A stretch of DNA of 37,678 nt from Candidatus Jorgensenbacteria bacterium (GTDB lineage Bacteria > Patescibacteriota > Minisyncoccia > UBA6257 > GWB1-50-10). Where the stretch lies: positions 1 through 37,678 of the forward strand of contig JACRFG010000076.1 in NCBI GenBank assembly GCA_016234345.1, in the 5' to 3' direction. Both the position numbers and the translations under genes were made by a program. This document shows, one piece after another, positions 37,532 to 37,678 of the stretch. The notes under the pieces are model-generated. The model ran no database searches, was not told where the DNA came from, and saw only the letters and a program-made list of their open reading frames with translations. Within the stretch, counting starts at the first letter, position 1; every line of letters begins with the position of its first letter.

Positions 37532-37678
37532 TTATCTTATAAAGATGACGTCGCGACATGTTGACCGATCTTTACTGCAGCTCCAGCGAGTCGCGTAGGT
37601 ATGAGTACGAAAGTTCGTCCGATCAGCAATGGATATGGTGTAAAGTCCGTCTTGGTTAACCTCCACTCCTTCCATGAA
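37532..37678 (-). CDS. Possible 3' end of an upstream gene (truncated by the window)
   Basis: Open minus frame ending ...CSKDRSTCRDVIFIR*; a second minus frame is also open, so the frame is uncertain. Confidence 0.35.
   Translation of the reverse strand, partial: FMEGVEVNQDGLYTISIADRTNFRTHTYATRWSCSKDRSTCRDVIFIR

Noticed and set aside
1..37678. CRISPR array, IS/transposase, prophage, genetic code 25
   Set aside because: No regularly spaced repeats and no mobile-element or phage proteins recognised; TGA terminates genes normally (e.g. 15379, 26309).

Overview
37.7 kb of a bacterial chromosome using genetic code 11 (TGA is a stop). The gene content and style point to Patescibacteria/CPR, probably Parcubacteria: core genes lack SD sites, and there are giant PG-binding/Ig/PKD surface proteins and Cys-less cupredoxins. 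This assignment is an inference. The right half holds a housekeeping run on the minus strand (M16 peptidase, AI-2E, metG, tatD, leuS, glmS), interrupted by opposite-strand genes, plus two large surface proteins. The left half is a tRNA-rich accessory region with an S8 protease, IDH-family enzyme, vWA protein, orphan sufB, uppS, PPK2 and a Cys/His-repeat protein. The main finding is at 12993-13267: a tRNA-Ser(CGA) gene split into three pieces (69+7+11 nt) that rejoin into a perfect 87-nt tRNA. Its 168-nt T-loop insert carries a second, complete, different tRNA-Ser(CGA) inside a hairpin, and a separate 20-nt hairpin interrupts the T-stem. A second T-arm anomaly follows tRNA-Ala(GGC): about 180 nt of structured sequence ending in a duplicate tRNA 3' end with CCA. 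No integrase, transposase, RT or CRISPR array was seen.
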